A DNA stretch of 52,021 nucleotides from Candidatus Omnitrophota bacterium (GTDB taxonomy: Bacteria; Omnitrophota; Gorgyraeia; Duberdicusellales; 4484-171): the NCBI GenBank assembly GCA_028711575.1, contig JAQTSA010000001.1:1-52021 (forward strand), read 5' to 3'. Made by a program: the position numbers and the translations under genes. The notes beneath the pieces were generated by a model. It saw only the letters and a program-made list of their open reading frames with translations, ran no database searches and was not told where the DNA came from. Shown piece after piece: positions 14,949 through 24,166 of the stretch (the stretch's first letter is position 1; every line of letters begins with the position of its first letter).

Positions 14949-16782
14949 ATCGCTAATAATCGATCTTTATGAGCTGACTATGGCTCAGGTTTATTTCAAG
15001 TATAAATCTGAAAGTTTAGCCGGTTTTGACCTTTTTATTCGTTCGGCGAAACGTCCTTTTTATGTTGCTTGCGGGATTGATGAATCGTTATCCTATATTT
15101 CTGATTTACGCTTTAAAAAGGAAGATATTGATTACTTAAAAAGTTTAGCTCTTTTTGAGCCGGAGTTTTTAAAATATTTAAAATCGTTTCGCTTTAAAGG
15201 TGAAGTCTGGGGCGTCGGCGAGCCGGAAATAGTTTTCGCCGGGGAACCGATCTTAAGTGTCAGAGGTTCTTTAATCGAATCACAAATTGTTGAGAGTGCT
15301 CTGCTTAATAAAATTAACCTGGCGACAACGTTGGCAACTAAAGCGGCACGAGTTGTTTTTGCGGCTTCCGGCCGGGGGGTTTATGATTTTTCATTACGCC
15401 GGACTCAAGGTTCGGCCGCGGCTTTGAAAGTTGCTGAATATTCCTATATTGCCGGCGCTCGAGGCACTTCCAATGTTCATGCCGGATTTGTTTATGGAAT
15501 TCCTGTTGCCGGAACAATGGCCCATTCTTTTGTAATGAGTTTTGAGCGTGAGCTGGATAGTTTTATGGCTTTTAGTCAGCAGTTTCCCGCTAAATCGATT
15601 CTTTTGGTTGATACTTACAATCTTAAACAAGGGATTGCGTCGGCAGTAAAAGTCGCAAAATTTATTGAAAAGAAAGGGTTTTCCCTGCTGGGTATAAGGT
15701 TAGATAGCGGCAACTTAGCCAAAGATGCCTTTTTGGCCAGAAGAATGCTTGATTCCGCCGGGCTCGTTGACACACAAATCTTTGCTTCTGGCGATTTAGA
15801 TGAGTACAAGATCACTGATCTGGTATCTCAAAAAGTCCCGATTGACGCTTTTGGTGTTGGAACAAATATGGGATGTTCATCGGACGCGCCTTTTACTAAT
15901 GTGATTTATAAGCTTGTCGAGGTTAAAAACCGGCAAGGAAAGTTTATGCCGACGATGAAATTGAGTCAGGGTAAGATTACTTTGCCGGGTAAAAAACAGG
16001 TTTTTCGTACTATCGATAAAAAGGGATTGATGATTAAAGACGTTATCGCTTTGGAAGGCGAGAAACTGAAGGGCCGCAAACTGCTTAAAAAACTTATGAG
16101 TAACGGCCAAAAAATTTACAAGAAAAATAGTTTAAACGAAAAAAGAAATATCTTTTCGGCGAAGTTCGCCGAGATTCCGGAAACCTTTAGAAAGCCTGAT
16201 TGCTTACAAACTTTCCCGGTTGATATAAGCCGTAAGTTAAACGCTTTAACCGAAACTTTAAAAGATGAAATAAGTATGAGATTTTCTCCGCGAGTTATTT
16301 TTATTGATATCGATACCCAATATGGATTTTTAAAAAAGGGTTCAAACTTGTATGTTCCGAAAACCGAGACTTTGCTGGATAATATAAAAGCGCTTACCCG
16401 GCTGGCTCAAGAAAAGAAAATTTTAGTTATTTCTTCCCAGGATACTCATTGTTCCGGCGATCCGGAGTTTAAGCGGTTTCCGGTTCATTGTTTAAAGGGA
16501 AGCCTGGAACATAAAAAGATAAAAGAGTCGCTGTTAGGGAAACGAGTGGTTGTGCCAACAGATAAAATATTTCATTTTTCCTGGTTGAGTTCTTTGGTTG
16601 AGAAAAATGATCAAATTATTATTGAAAAACATATTTTTAGCATTTTTTCGAATCCCAACATGTCTAGTCTTTTAGAAATAATATTTCCTGACACGATATT
16701 CCTTTATGGGCTGGTTACGGAATATTGCGGAGGGTATTTTAAAACTGGGCTTTGCGGTTACAGTGGTTACGGATGCGGTTAA
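14941..16782 (+). CDS. pncB: Nicotinate phosphoribosyltransferase fused to a nicotinamidase (isochorismatase-fold) domain; the 3' end is frameshifted
   Basis: NAPRT motifs LYELTMAQVYF and GTMAHSF in the N-terminal ~400 aa. The C-terminal domain has VIFIDIDTQYGF, SSQDTH, EKHIFSIFS and GLVTEYC (catalytic Cys). After that Cys the called frame gives a Gly/Tyr/Cys-rich tail (GGYFKTGLCGYSGYGCG) in place of the expected motif. Confidence 0.8.
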   Translation: MSKSLIIDLYELTMAQVYFKYKSESLAGFDLFIRSAKRPFYVACGIDESLSYISDLRFKKEDIDYLKSLALFEPEFLKYLKSFRFKGEVWGVGEPEIVFAGEPILSVRGSLIESQIVESALLNKINLATTLATKAARVVFAASGRGVYDFSLRRTQGSAAALKVAEYSYIAGARGTSNVHAGFVYGIPVAGTMAHSFVMSFERELDSFMAFSQQFPAKSILLVDTYNLKQGIASAVKVAKFIEKKGFSLLGIRLDSGNLAKDAFLARRMLDSAGLVDTQIFASGDLDEYKITDLVSQKVPIDAFGVGTNMGCSSDAPFTNVIYKLVEVKNRQGKFMPTMKLSQGKITLPGKKQVFRTIDKKGLMIKDVIALEGEKLKGRKLLKKLMSNGQKIYKKNSLNEKRNIFSAKFAEIPETFRKPDCLQTFPVDISRKLNALTETLKDEISMRFSPRVIFIDIDTQYGFLKKGSNLYVPKTETLLDNIKALTRLAQEKKILVISSQDTHCSGDPEFKRFPVHCLKGSLEHKKIKESLLGKRVVVPTDKIFHFSWLSSLVEKNDQIIIEKHIFSIFSNPNMSSLLEIIFPDTIFLYGLVTEYCGGYFKTGLCGYSGYGCG

Positions 16783-16882
16783 AGAAATATCCGTCCAGGA
16801 AAAACAACGATTGTTTTCTCTTTGGAAGAATAAAGGAGTTAAGTTTATTACGACTAAGAAACTAATTTCTTTTCTGGAATAG
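16730..16882 (+). pseudogene. Out-of-frame continuation of the nicotinamidase domain (needs -1 or +2 nt at about 16729)
   Basis: The frame starting at 16730 reads EGILKLGFAVTVVTDAVKEISVQEKQRLFSLWKNKGVKFITTKKLISFLE* with no stop until TAG 16880-16882. That is the expected end of a PncA-like domain (canonical YCV..TA.DA..GF.V.VV.DA). Confidence 0.7.
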
Positions 16883-16907
16883 ATCTGCTTTTTTATAGTA
16901 AGTACCG

Positions 16908-16944
16908 GTCAATATTATTGACACCCCACTTTTTTTGTGATAAT
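16908..16944 (+). promoter_or_regulatory. Possible proC promoter overlapped by a perfect 15-bp palindrome
   Basis: GTCAATATTATTGAC (16908-16922) is a perfect palindrome. It overlaps TTGACA (16918-16923), which is followed by a 15-nt spacer and TGTGATAAT with the -10 GATAAT at 16939-16944. Confidence 0.4.
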
Positions 16945-16957
16945 TTGATAAATTCTT

Positions 16958-17767
16958 ATGAAAGTAATAAAAAAAATCGGCATTATTGGGTATGGCAACA
17001 TGGGCCAAGCTTTAGCTAAGGCCCTTTTGGCTGAGACCAAGGTTCCGGTTCAGGTTTACGATAAGAAAAAACTCAAAAAAACAGAGTTAAAAGGAGTTAG
17101 TCTTTGTGAAAATCCCGCGGCTTTGATTAAAAGTTCGGGCGTTGTAGTGTTAGCGATTAAACCTCAGGATGTATCCGATTTTTTAAAAGAGCAGGGCTCA
17201 GTTTTTTTAAAAAAGAAGAACCTTTTGATAACGATTGTTGCCGCGATTCCTACTACTGTTTACGAAAAGTATGTCGATAAAATAAGGGTTATCAGGGTTA
17301 TGCCTAATCTGGCAGCTAAAATATCTCAGTCGGTTTCTTTTCTCTCTAAAGGGCGGTACGCTTCTCTTGATGACTTTAAGACCGCTAAAAAGATATTTTC
17401 TGTTGTTGGTGAAGCGTTTGAGATAAAAGAATCGTTTATCGATAAGGTTACAAGTATTACCGGAAGCGGTCCGGGGTATGTATACTTTTTTATGAACAGC
17501 CTATATCAAACCGCTTTAGAAATGGGCTTTAACAAAAAACAAGCTAAAGAAATGGTTCGTTTGACTTTTTCTGGGGCGGTCAATTTGTCAGCTTGTTCGG
17601 ATAAAGAATTTTCTCTTTTGATGAGTGAAGTGACTTCTCCCGGCGGGACTACTGAAGCCGGATTAAATATTTTTAAAAAAAATAAACTTGATAAAATAAT
17701 TGCTCAGGGTGTTGAATCGGCTTATTTGAGAGCAAAGGAATTGTCCTCAATTTATAGGAGGGTTTAG
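16958..17767 (+). CDS. proC: Pyrroline-5-carboxylate reductase
   Basis: IGIIGYGNMGQAL dinucleotide fold and the TSPGGTTEAGL signature. Confidence 0.9.
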   Translation: MKVIKKIGIIGYGNMGQALAKALLAETKVPVQVYDKKKLKKTELKGVSLCENPAALIKSSGVVVLAIKPQDVSDFLKEQGSVFLKKKNLLITIVAAIPTTVYEKYVDKIRVIRVMPNLAAKISQSVSFLSKGRYASLDDFKTAKKIFSVVGEAFEIKESFIDKVTSITGSGPGYVYFFMNSLYQTALEMGFNKKQAKEMVRLTFSGAVNLSACSDKEFSLLMSEVTSPGGTTEAGLNIFKKNKLDKIIAQGVESAYLRAKELSSIYRRV

Positions 17768-17769
17768 TA

Positions 17770-18630
17770 ATGAGTAAAATTGGAGTTATTGGCGGGAGCG
17801 GACTTTATGACCTTGAAGGTATTACTAAAAAAGAGGAAATTAGCCTCGATACTCCTTACGGTACTCCTTCTGATAGTTATGTCTTGGCCCAAATAAATGG
17901 CAGGGAAGTGGTATTTTTGCCTCGCCATGGAAAGAACCACTCTATTTCACCTTCAGAGATCAATTACCGGGCTAACATTTATGGTATGAAGGCTCTTGGC
18001 GTAGATAGAATTATTTCGGTATCGGCTTGCGGATCTTTGAAGGAAGAATTAAAGCCTTTGGATTTTGTTTTGCCGGATCAGTTTGTAGATAGAACTAATC
18101 AAGCACGGAAATATACTTTTTTTGATCGGGGAGTCGTTGCCCATGTTGGGTTCGCTCAGCCGGTTTGCGCTGAGTTATCTAAATTTGTTTATGATTCTGC
18201 TTGCCAGGAAAAGGTTACGATTCATTCCGGCGGTACTTACCTGAATATGGAAGGCCCCCAATTTTCAACTTTAGCCGAATCAATGCTTTATCGCCGTTGG
18301 GGGATGGACATAATAGGTATGACTAACCTTGCTGAAGCACGCCTGGCTCGGGAAGCTGAAATTTGTTTTGTGACTTTAGCGGCGATTACCGATTATGATT
18401 GTTGGCGGGAAAGCGAAGAAGCTGTTACCGTTGATGTTGTAATGGGAAATTTACGGCGTAATGTTGATAACTCAAAAAGAATACTCAAAAAAGTTTTAAG
18501 CGAGATGCCGAAAAAAGATAACTGTTCTTGTAACGAAGCCTTAAAGTATTCGATCGTTACTGATTTGAATAAAGTAGATCCAAAAGATAAACAACGGCTG
18601 GGTGTAATTATTGATAAATACAAGAAATAG
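17770..18630 (+). CDS. mtnP: S-methyl-5'-thioadenosine phosphorylase
   Basis: IGVIGGSGLYDL, FLPRHGKNHSISPSEINYRANI and MTNLAEARLAREAEICF, typical of MTAP. Confidence 0.9.
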   Translation: MSKIGVIGGSGLYDLEGITKKEEISLDTPYGTPSDSYVLAQINGREVVFLPRHGKNHSISPSEINYRANIYGMKALGVDRIISVSACGSLKEELKPLDFVLPDQFVDRTNQARKYTFFDRGVVAHVGFAQPVCAELSKFVYDSACQEKVTIHSGGTYLNMEGPQFSTLAESMLYRRWGMDIIGMTNLAEARLAREAEICFVTLAAITDYDCWRESEEAVTVDVVMGNLRRNVDNSKRILKKVLSEMPKKDNCSCNEALKYSIVTDLNKVDPKDKQRLGVIIDKYKK

Positions 18631-18641
18631 AGGTAAATCAA

Positions 18642-19541
18642 ATGAGTGTTTTAGTTGTAGGAACTGTTGCCTTAGACACGATAACTACGCCCTTAGGCAG
18701 AAAAGAAGCTATCCTTGGCGGTTCGGCCGTGTTTTCCGCTCTCAGTGCAAGTTATTTTAGTCCGGTTAATTTGGTCGCTGTTGTCGGGGAAGATTTTCCT
18801 CAAGATCATATTTCACTTTTAAAAAAGAAAAAAATCAACCTTGATGGCTTGGATTGTGTAGCCGGAAAGACTTTTTGCTGGACCGGCGTTTATGGAGAGG
18901 ATTTTAGCGACCCGGAGACTTTAGCTACGGAATTAAACGTTTTGGTTGGCTTTAATCCAAGCTTACCGGAGAGCTATCGCGACAGTAAATATGTTTTCTT
19001 AGCCAACGTTGACCCGGATATTCAGCATAAAGTCTTAGCTCAAGTTAAAAAACCGAAACTTGTTGTCTGTGATACAATGAACTTTTGGATCGCTAACAAA
19101 CCTGAATCGTTACTCAAACTTCTTAAAAAGGTTGACGTTTTTCTTCTTAACTATTCTGAAGCCCGTCTCTTAACCAGGAAAAATAATCTTCTTGATATCG
19201 GCGCTCAGTTAATGAAGATGGGGCCGGCTTGTGTTGTAATCAAGAAAGGTGAACATGGCGTCGTGTCATTTAATTCCGGGAAAGTATTTTCTTTGCCGGC
19301 CTGTCTAATAAATAATCTTTGCGATCCGACCGGTGCCGGAGATACTTTTGCCGGGGGGTTTATCGGTTATCTTTCTTCAGTTGCGAAGTGGAATGAATTG
19401 TCGTTTAAAAAAGCTATAGTTCACGGCAGTGTTATGGCTACTTTTGCTGTTGAAGATTTTAGCGTTACGAAGCTGGCGGCGGTAAACAAAGCCCTGATTA
19501 ACCGGCGGGTACGGGAATTAATTAAAATAACAAAAATTTAA
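18642..19541 (+). CDS. PfkB-family carbohydrate/nucleoside kinase
   Basis: Carries the DPTGAGDTFAGGF signature 2 of the ribokinase/PfkB family. Confidence 0.85.
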   Translation: MSVLVVGTVALDTITTPLGRKEAILGGSAVFSALSASYFSPVNLVAVVGEDFPQDHISLLKKKKINLDGLDCVAGKTFCWTGVYGEDFSDPETLATELNVLVGFNPSLPESYRDSKYVFLANVDPDIQHKVLAQVKKPKLVVCDTMNFWIANKPESLLKLLKKVDVFLLNYSEARLLTRKNNLLDIGAQLMKMGPACVVIKKGEHGVVSFNSGKVFSLPACLINNLCDPTGAGDTFAGGFIGYLSSVAKWNELSFKKAIVHGSVMATFAVEDFSVTKLAAVNKALINRRVRELIKITKI

Positions 19542-19543
19542 AA

Positions 19544-22279
19544 ATGAACTACAAAAACACCCTAAATTTACCGAAAACATCTTTTCCAATGCGGGCCGGA
19601 TTAAAAGAGCTTGAACCGAAGATGCTGAGTTTTTGGAAAGAACTTGATATTTATTCCCAGATGCTGAATGCTAAAAAAACGCGCGAAAAGTTTATTCTTC
19701 ATGACGGCCCGCCTTACGCCAACGGTGTAATACATATGGGCCACGCTTTAAACAAAATCCTTAAAGACATGGTAGTTAAAGTTAAAAATTTTGAAAACTA
19801 TAACTGCCCGTTTATCTGCGGTTGGGATTGCCACGGTCTTCCGGTTGAACATCAATTGCTTAAAGAGCTCAAACTTACTAAACATGATGTTGATCAGATA
19901 AAATTTCGCAAACAAGCCAGGAGTTACGCCTTAAAGTATGTTGATATTCAAAAGAAAGGGTTTGTTCGTCTGGCTGTTTTTTCTGATTGGGACAATCCCT
20001 ATCTTACTGTGAACACTGATTATGAAGCTGGTGTTTTGGAACTGTTGTCGTTTCTTGTTAAAGAAGGTTATGTTTATCGCGGACTAAAACCTGTAAACTG
20101 GTGCGTGAAGTGTGAAACGGCGTTGGCTGAAGCTGAGGTTGAATATCAGGATAAACAATCGCCTTCAATATTCGTTCTTTTTGATGTCCTGAAGTCCGAC
20201 AATTTATTTTCTCGGGAAAAGGTTTCTTTTCTTGTTTGGACGACGACACCTTGGACTTTGATTTCTAACGTTGCTGTAGCTGTGCATCCTGATTTGACCT
20301 ATGTTTCGACTGAGTATAACGGCCGAACTATTGTTTTAGCTAAAGATCTAATTCCTTCAATCGAAGGAAAACTTGGCGTTAGTTTAAATATTATTTCTGA
20401 GTTTAAAGGTTCTGACCTTTTGCCAATTGTCTTAAAACACCCGTTTCTTGAAAGAGAGGCCAGGGTAGTTTTAGCTGATTATGTATCAAATGCTGATGGC
20501 AGCGGTTGTGTTCATATCGCGCCAGGCCATGGTGAAGACGATTTTCGTGTTGGCAAGGAATATGACTTAGAGGTTAGAATGCCTTTGAATCCAAAAGGTA
20601 TCTTTGAAGGTGAGGATAGTTTTTTTGTTAAAGGCGATACCGTAATCCAAGCCAATCATAAGATTTTGAGTGTATTAGGCGAAAAAGGCGCTTTAGTTAA
20701 ACAGGAGAACATTACTCATTCTTATCCTCATTGTTGGCGTTGTAAAGAACCAATCGTTTTTAGGGCGACTTATCAATGGTTTGTCAATGTGGATCATCGC
20801 CAGCTTCGCGATAAACTATTGGCAGCGATAAATAATGTTAATTGGATACCTCAATCAGGGTTTGAACGTATGAAGGGTATGGTCCGGTTACGTCCGGACT
20901 GGTGCCTTTCTCGGCAAAGATTATGGGGGATACCTATACCGGCAATAAAGTGCCGAAACTGTAATGAAATTATTCTTGATTCGAAAGTTATTGATATGGC
21001 TGCTTCTATAGCTGAGACTAAAGGCAGCGACTCCTGGTTTACTGATGATTTGCAATCTTTTATTCCCCGGGGATTCAGCTGTCCTAACTGTTCGTCAATC
21101 GAGTTTGATAAAGAATCGGATATTCTTGATGTTTGGTTTGAATCGGGCGCGAGTTTCCTATCGGTTCTTCAAAAGAACGATCAACTCCGGTTTCCGGCGG
21201 ATATGTATCTTGAAGGTAGTGACCAGCATCGGGGATGGTTTCAGGTTTCGCTTATACCTTCAGTAGCTAAGGAATCGGTTGCTCCTTTTAAAAATATCCT
21301 TACCCATGGGTTTGTTGTTGATGGTGAAGGTAAAAAAATGTCAAAGTCGATGGGTAATGTTATTTCTCCTCAACAAATAATAGATCAATATGGCGCTGAA
21401 ATTTTACGGCTATGGGTTGCCTATAGCGATTATAATGAAGATATAAGGCTTTCCGAAGGGATATTGAGGCAATTGACTGATATCTACCGTAAAGTACGCA
21501 ACACTATAAGGTTTTTGCTTGGTAACCTTTGTGATTTTAATCATGAAGAAATGGTCGATTTAGAAGATTTGGATCCAATTGACGCTTATATGCTGGCAAA
21601 GTCCAAAAAAACTTTTTTTGAAATAATCGGTTTTTACGATGATTGTCAGTTTTATAAGGCTTGTCAGAAAATATTTGATTTTTGTAATCAGGACCTTAGT
21701 TCCTTTTATCTTGACATTCTCAAAGATAGACTATATACTTACTCACCAAAATCTAGACAACGGTTATCATCACAGACTGTTCTTTATTATATTTTGCAAG
21801 AACTACTCAAGGTTATCGCTCCGGTTTTATCCTATACGGCTGAGGAAGCTTATGGTTATTGTGACCTTTTTCCTAAACGTGAAAAGAGTATTTTCTTAAC
21901 GGTCTTTGATGCTGAGTATGCTGATTTTGATGTTTCCCTGCTGTCGCGCTGGGAGAGAATACTTGAGCTGAGAGAAAAGGTATTAAAAGAGTTAGAAAAT
22001 AAAAGAGAATCCTCGGTTATCGGTAGTTCTTTGGAAGCATCGGTTGAGTTATGTTTTAATAAAGACTATGATTTCTTTTTTGAACTAACACCGGTTTTGA
22101 AAGAGGTTTTTATCGTTTCTCAACTTCTAATTAAGCAAGGGGACTTTTCGATAAAGATTGTGAAAGCTCAAGGCGCGAAATGCCAACGCTGCTGGAATTG
22201 GTATAAAGAGCTTGAAGATAAAACTGATATTCTGTGTCCGCGTTGTCAGAACGCTTTAGATGAGAAGAGTGGTTTATAA
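19544..22279 (+). CDS. ileS: Isoleucyl-tRNA synthetase
   Basis: HMGHALNK (HIGH), KMSKSMGN (KMSKS), and the C-terminal zinc motifs CQRCWNW...CPRCQ. Size is 911 aa. Confidence 0.95.
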   Translation: MNYKNTLNLPKTSFPMRAGLKELEPKMLSFWKELDIYSQMLNAKKTREKFILHDGPPYANGVIHMGHALNKILKDMVVKVKNFENYNCPFICGWDCHGLPVEHQLLKELKLTKHDVDQIKFRKQARSYALKYVDIQKKGFVRLAVFSDWDNPYLTVNTDYEAGVLELLSFLVKEGYVYRGLKPVNWCVKCETALAEAEVEYQDKQSPSIFVLFDVLKSDNLFSREKVSFLVWTTTPWTLISNVAVAVHPDLTYVSTEYNGRTIVLAKDLIPSIEGKLGVSLNIISEFKGSDLLPIVLKHPFLEREARVVLADYVSNADGSGCVHIAPGHGEDDFRVGKEYDLEVRMPLNPKGIFEGEDSFFVKGDTVIQANHKILSVLGEKGALVKQENITHSYPHCWRCKEPIVFRATYQWFVNVDHRQLRDKLLAAINNVNWIPQSGFERMKGMVRLRPDWCLSRQRLWGIPIPAIKCRNCNEIILDSKVIDMAASIAETKGSDSWFTDDLQSFIPRGFSCPNCSSIEFDKESDILDVWFESGASFLSVLQKNDQLRFPADMYLEGSDQHRGWFQVSLIPSVAKESVAPFKNILTHGFVVDGEGKKMSKSMGNVISPQQIIDQYGAEILRLWVAYSDYNEDIRLSEGILRQLTDIYRKVRNTIRFLLGNLCDFNHEEMVDLEDLDPIDAYMLAKSKKTFFEIIGFYDDCQFYKACQKIFDFCNQDLSSFYLDILKDRLYTYSPKSRQRLSSQTVLYYILQELLKVIAPVLSYTAEEAYGYCDLFPKREKSIFLTVFDAEYADFDVSLLSRWERILELREKVLKELENKRESSVIGSSLEASVELCFNKDYDFFFELTPVLKEVFIVSQLLIKQGDFSIKIVKAQGAKCQRCWNWYKELEDKTDILCPRCQNALDEKSGL

Positions 22280-22356
22280 AATGTCTTTTGTATCTAAACA
22301 AAGCTGGCCTGTGCTTAACGCAGGGGTGATTAGCATTTAAAGAGGAGGATCGTGTA

Positions 22357-22749
22357 ATGAAGAAAAAGTTCCCCAAAAAAGAACTTAACGAGTATAAAGA
22401 AATTTTGTTAAATCTTCGTGAAGATTTGATGCAGCAGATTCGTGATATTTCTGAAGATACACTTATGAAATCGCAGAAAGAAATGTCAGGTGATATGTCT
22501 GGGTACTCTCTGCACTTGGCCGATATGGCAACGGATAATTATGAGCGGGAATTTAACTTGGGTCTTGTTTCCAATGAAAGGAAACACCTTTTAGAAATTG
22601 AAGATGCTTTGAAACGGATCGAAGAGGATGATTATGGTTTTTGCCATAGTTGTCAGAAGCTTATATCTAAAATACGACTCAAAGCTGTACCGTTTTCCAA
22701 GTATTGTAAGCGTTGCCAGGAAAAACTGGAAAGTGAAACCCGTCGCTGA
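22357..22749 (+). CDS. DksA/TraR-family C4 zinc-finger protein
   Basis: CHSC-N17-CKRC zinc finger after a coiled-coil region. SD AGAGGAGGA upstream. Confidence 0.85.
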   Translation: MKKKFPKKELNEYKEILLNLREDLMQQIRDISEDTLMKSQKEMSGDMSGYSLHLADMATDNYEREFNLGLVSNERKHLLEIEDALKRIEEDDYGFCHSCQKLISKIRLKAVPFSKYCKRCQEKLESETRR

Positions 22750-22797
22750 GAAATAAAGATTAGCGTAATCCTAAAGCCTGAGGCATGAGGTTTAGTA

Positions 22798-23265
22798 GTG
22801 CATTTAGTTGTATGTACAGTCGCATCAAGTATTTTTCTTCTTGAGCTGCTTATAAAGAATTATTTTCGTCTGTTTTACGCCCACCAGTCTTTACCGATAA
22901 TCAAAGGATATCTTAACTTTACGGTAGTGTTTAATACCGGGGCGGCATTTAGCATTTTAAGAAATAGCCGGTTATTGTTAATTGTCATCGGTATCTTATT
23001 TATTTGTTTTTTTCTTTTTTTTATAAAAAAAGAAGCGACTAAAAATAAGTTTGTTCTTGTCTGTTACGGCCTAATTTTAGGCGGCGCGGTTTCAAATTTG
23101 TCGGAAAGGATTTTTCTCGGGTATGTAGTAGATTACATTGATTTACGAATTGCCGGAGAGAATATCTGGCCTATCTTTAATATCGCCGATTCCAGTATCT
23201 GCCTGGGCGTCTTTTTTTTATTTATACACTCATTTTTTAGTAAAAAAAAGGATGGGAATGAGTGA
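22798..23265 (+). CDS. lspA: Lipoprotein signal peptidase (signal peptidase II)
   Basis: NTGAAFS and FNIADSSI catalytic Asp boxes. Lies downstream of ileS (classic synteny). Starts with GTG. Confidence 0.9.
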   Translation: MHLVVCTVASSIFLLELLIKNYFRLFYAHQSLPIIKGYLNFTVVFNTGAAFSILRNSRLLLIVIGILFICFFLFFIKKEATKNKFVLVCYGLILGGAVSNLSERIFLGYVVDYIDLRIAGENIWPIFNIADSSICLGVFFLFIHSFFSKKKDGNE

Positions 23266-24166
23266 AATAGAAAAAATAAATGTGCCTGAAGAGGCCTTCG
23301 GAGAAAGACTGGATAAATTCCTGAATCAAAAAATAAAATCACTTTCCCGGGGAAAGATAGCCTTGATGATTGAGTCAAGCGAAGTTTTGGTTGATGGCCA
23401 GGCCAAAAAAACAAGTTTTCGGCTCAAAGGAGGAGAAGAAATAACTTTTCAAATAATCGAAAAAAAATGTTTGCTTATGCCCTATAAGCGTGATATCCCT
23501 ATTATATATGAGGACGAGGCGATAATCGTTATTAATAAACCTTATGGTTTAGTTGTCCATCCGCCTCAGGCCGGCTATAAAAAAACCTTAGTTAACGCTC
23601 TTTTATATCTGGGCAAAAAGTTGTCAAATATTGATCCTGATCGTCCCGGGATAGTACATCGCTTAGATAAGGAAACCAGCGGGGTAATGGTAATTGCCAA
23701 AACTGATTTGGCTCATACGCTTTTAGTCGATCAGTTTAAGGAACGCAAAATATCAAAAGAGTATCGGGTAATTTGCTGGGGGGTATGTGAAAATGACGAA
23801 TTTAAAGTTGAGTTGCCTCTTGGCCGGGATAGCCGTAATCGATTACAGATGAAAATAAGCTTTCTTAATTCTAAACCTGCCGAAAGCAGGTTTTCGGTTC
23901 TCGAAAGGTTTTCTGATTCAAGTTTTCTTAAAGCAAAGATTTTAACCGGAAGGATGCACCAGATTAGAGTTCATTTAAAGTTTCTTGGGTTTACTATTGT
24001 TGGCGATCAGAAGTACGGCAAACGCGATAATTATAAAGAGATGCTTTTACATTCTTTTAAATTAGGGTTTTATCATCCGGTCAGCAATCAGTTTGTCGAA
24101 TTTCAGGCTCCTTTGCCGGAGCGCTTTAATTCTTTTTTGAAGGAAAGGAAGCCGATAGATGTATAA
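23252..24166 (+). CDS. rluD: 23S rRNA pseudouridine synthase, RluD/RluA family
   Basis: S4 domain (GERLDKFL) and HRLDKETSGVMV catalytic Asp motif. I prefer ATG 23252; the track start 23138 would add 38 aa overlapping lspA. Confidence 0.9.
   Translation: MGMSEIEKINVPEEAFGERLDKFLNQKIKSLSRGKIALMIESSEVLVDGQAKKTSFRLKGGEEITFQIIEKKCLLMPYKRDIPIIYEDEAIIVINKPYGLVVHPPQAGYKKTLVNALLYLGKKLSNIDPDRPGIVHRLDKETSGVMVIAKTDLAHTLLVDQFKERKISKEYRVICWGVCENDEFKVELPLGRDSRNRLQMKISFLNSKPAESRFSVLERFSDSSFLKAKILTGRMHQIRVHLKFLGFTIVGDQKYGKRDNYKEMLLHSFKLGFYHPVSNQFVEFQAPLPERFNSFLKERKPIDV

Noticed and set aside
23138-23251. N-terminal 38-aa extension of rluD as listed in the track.
   Set aside because: It overlaps the 3' end of lspA in another frame, is hydrophobic nonsense relative to RluD, and an in-frame ATG at 23252 gives the normal S4-domain N-terminus.
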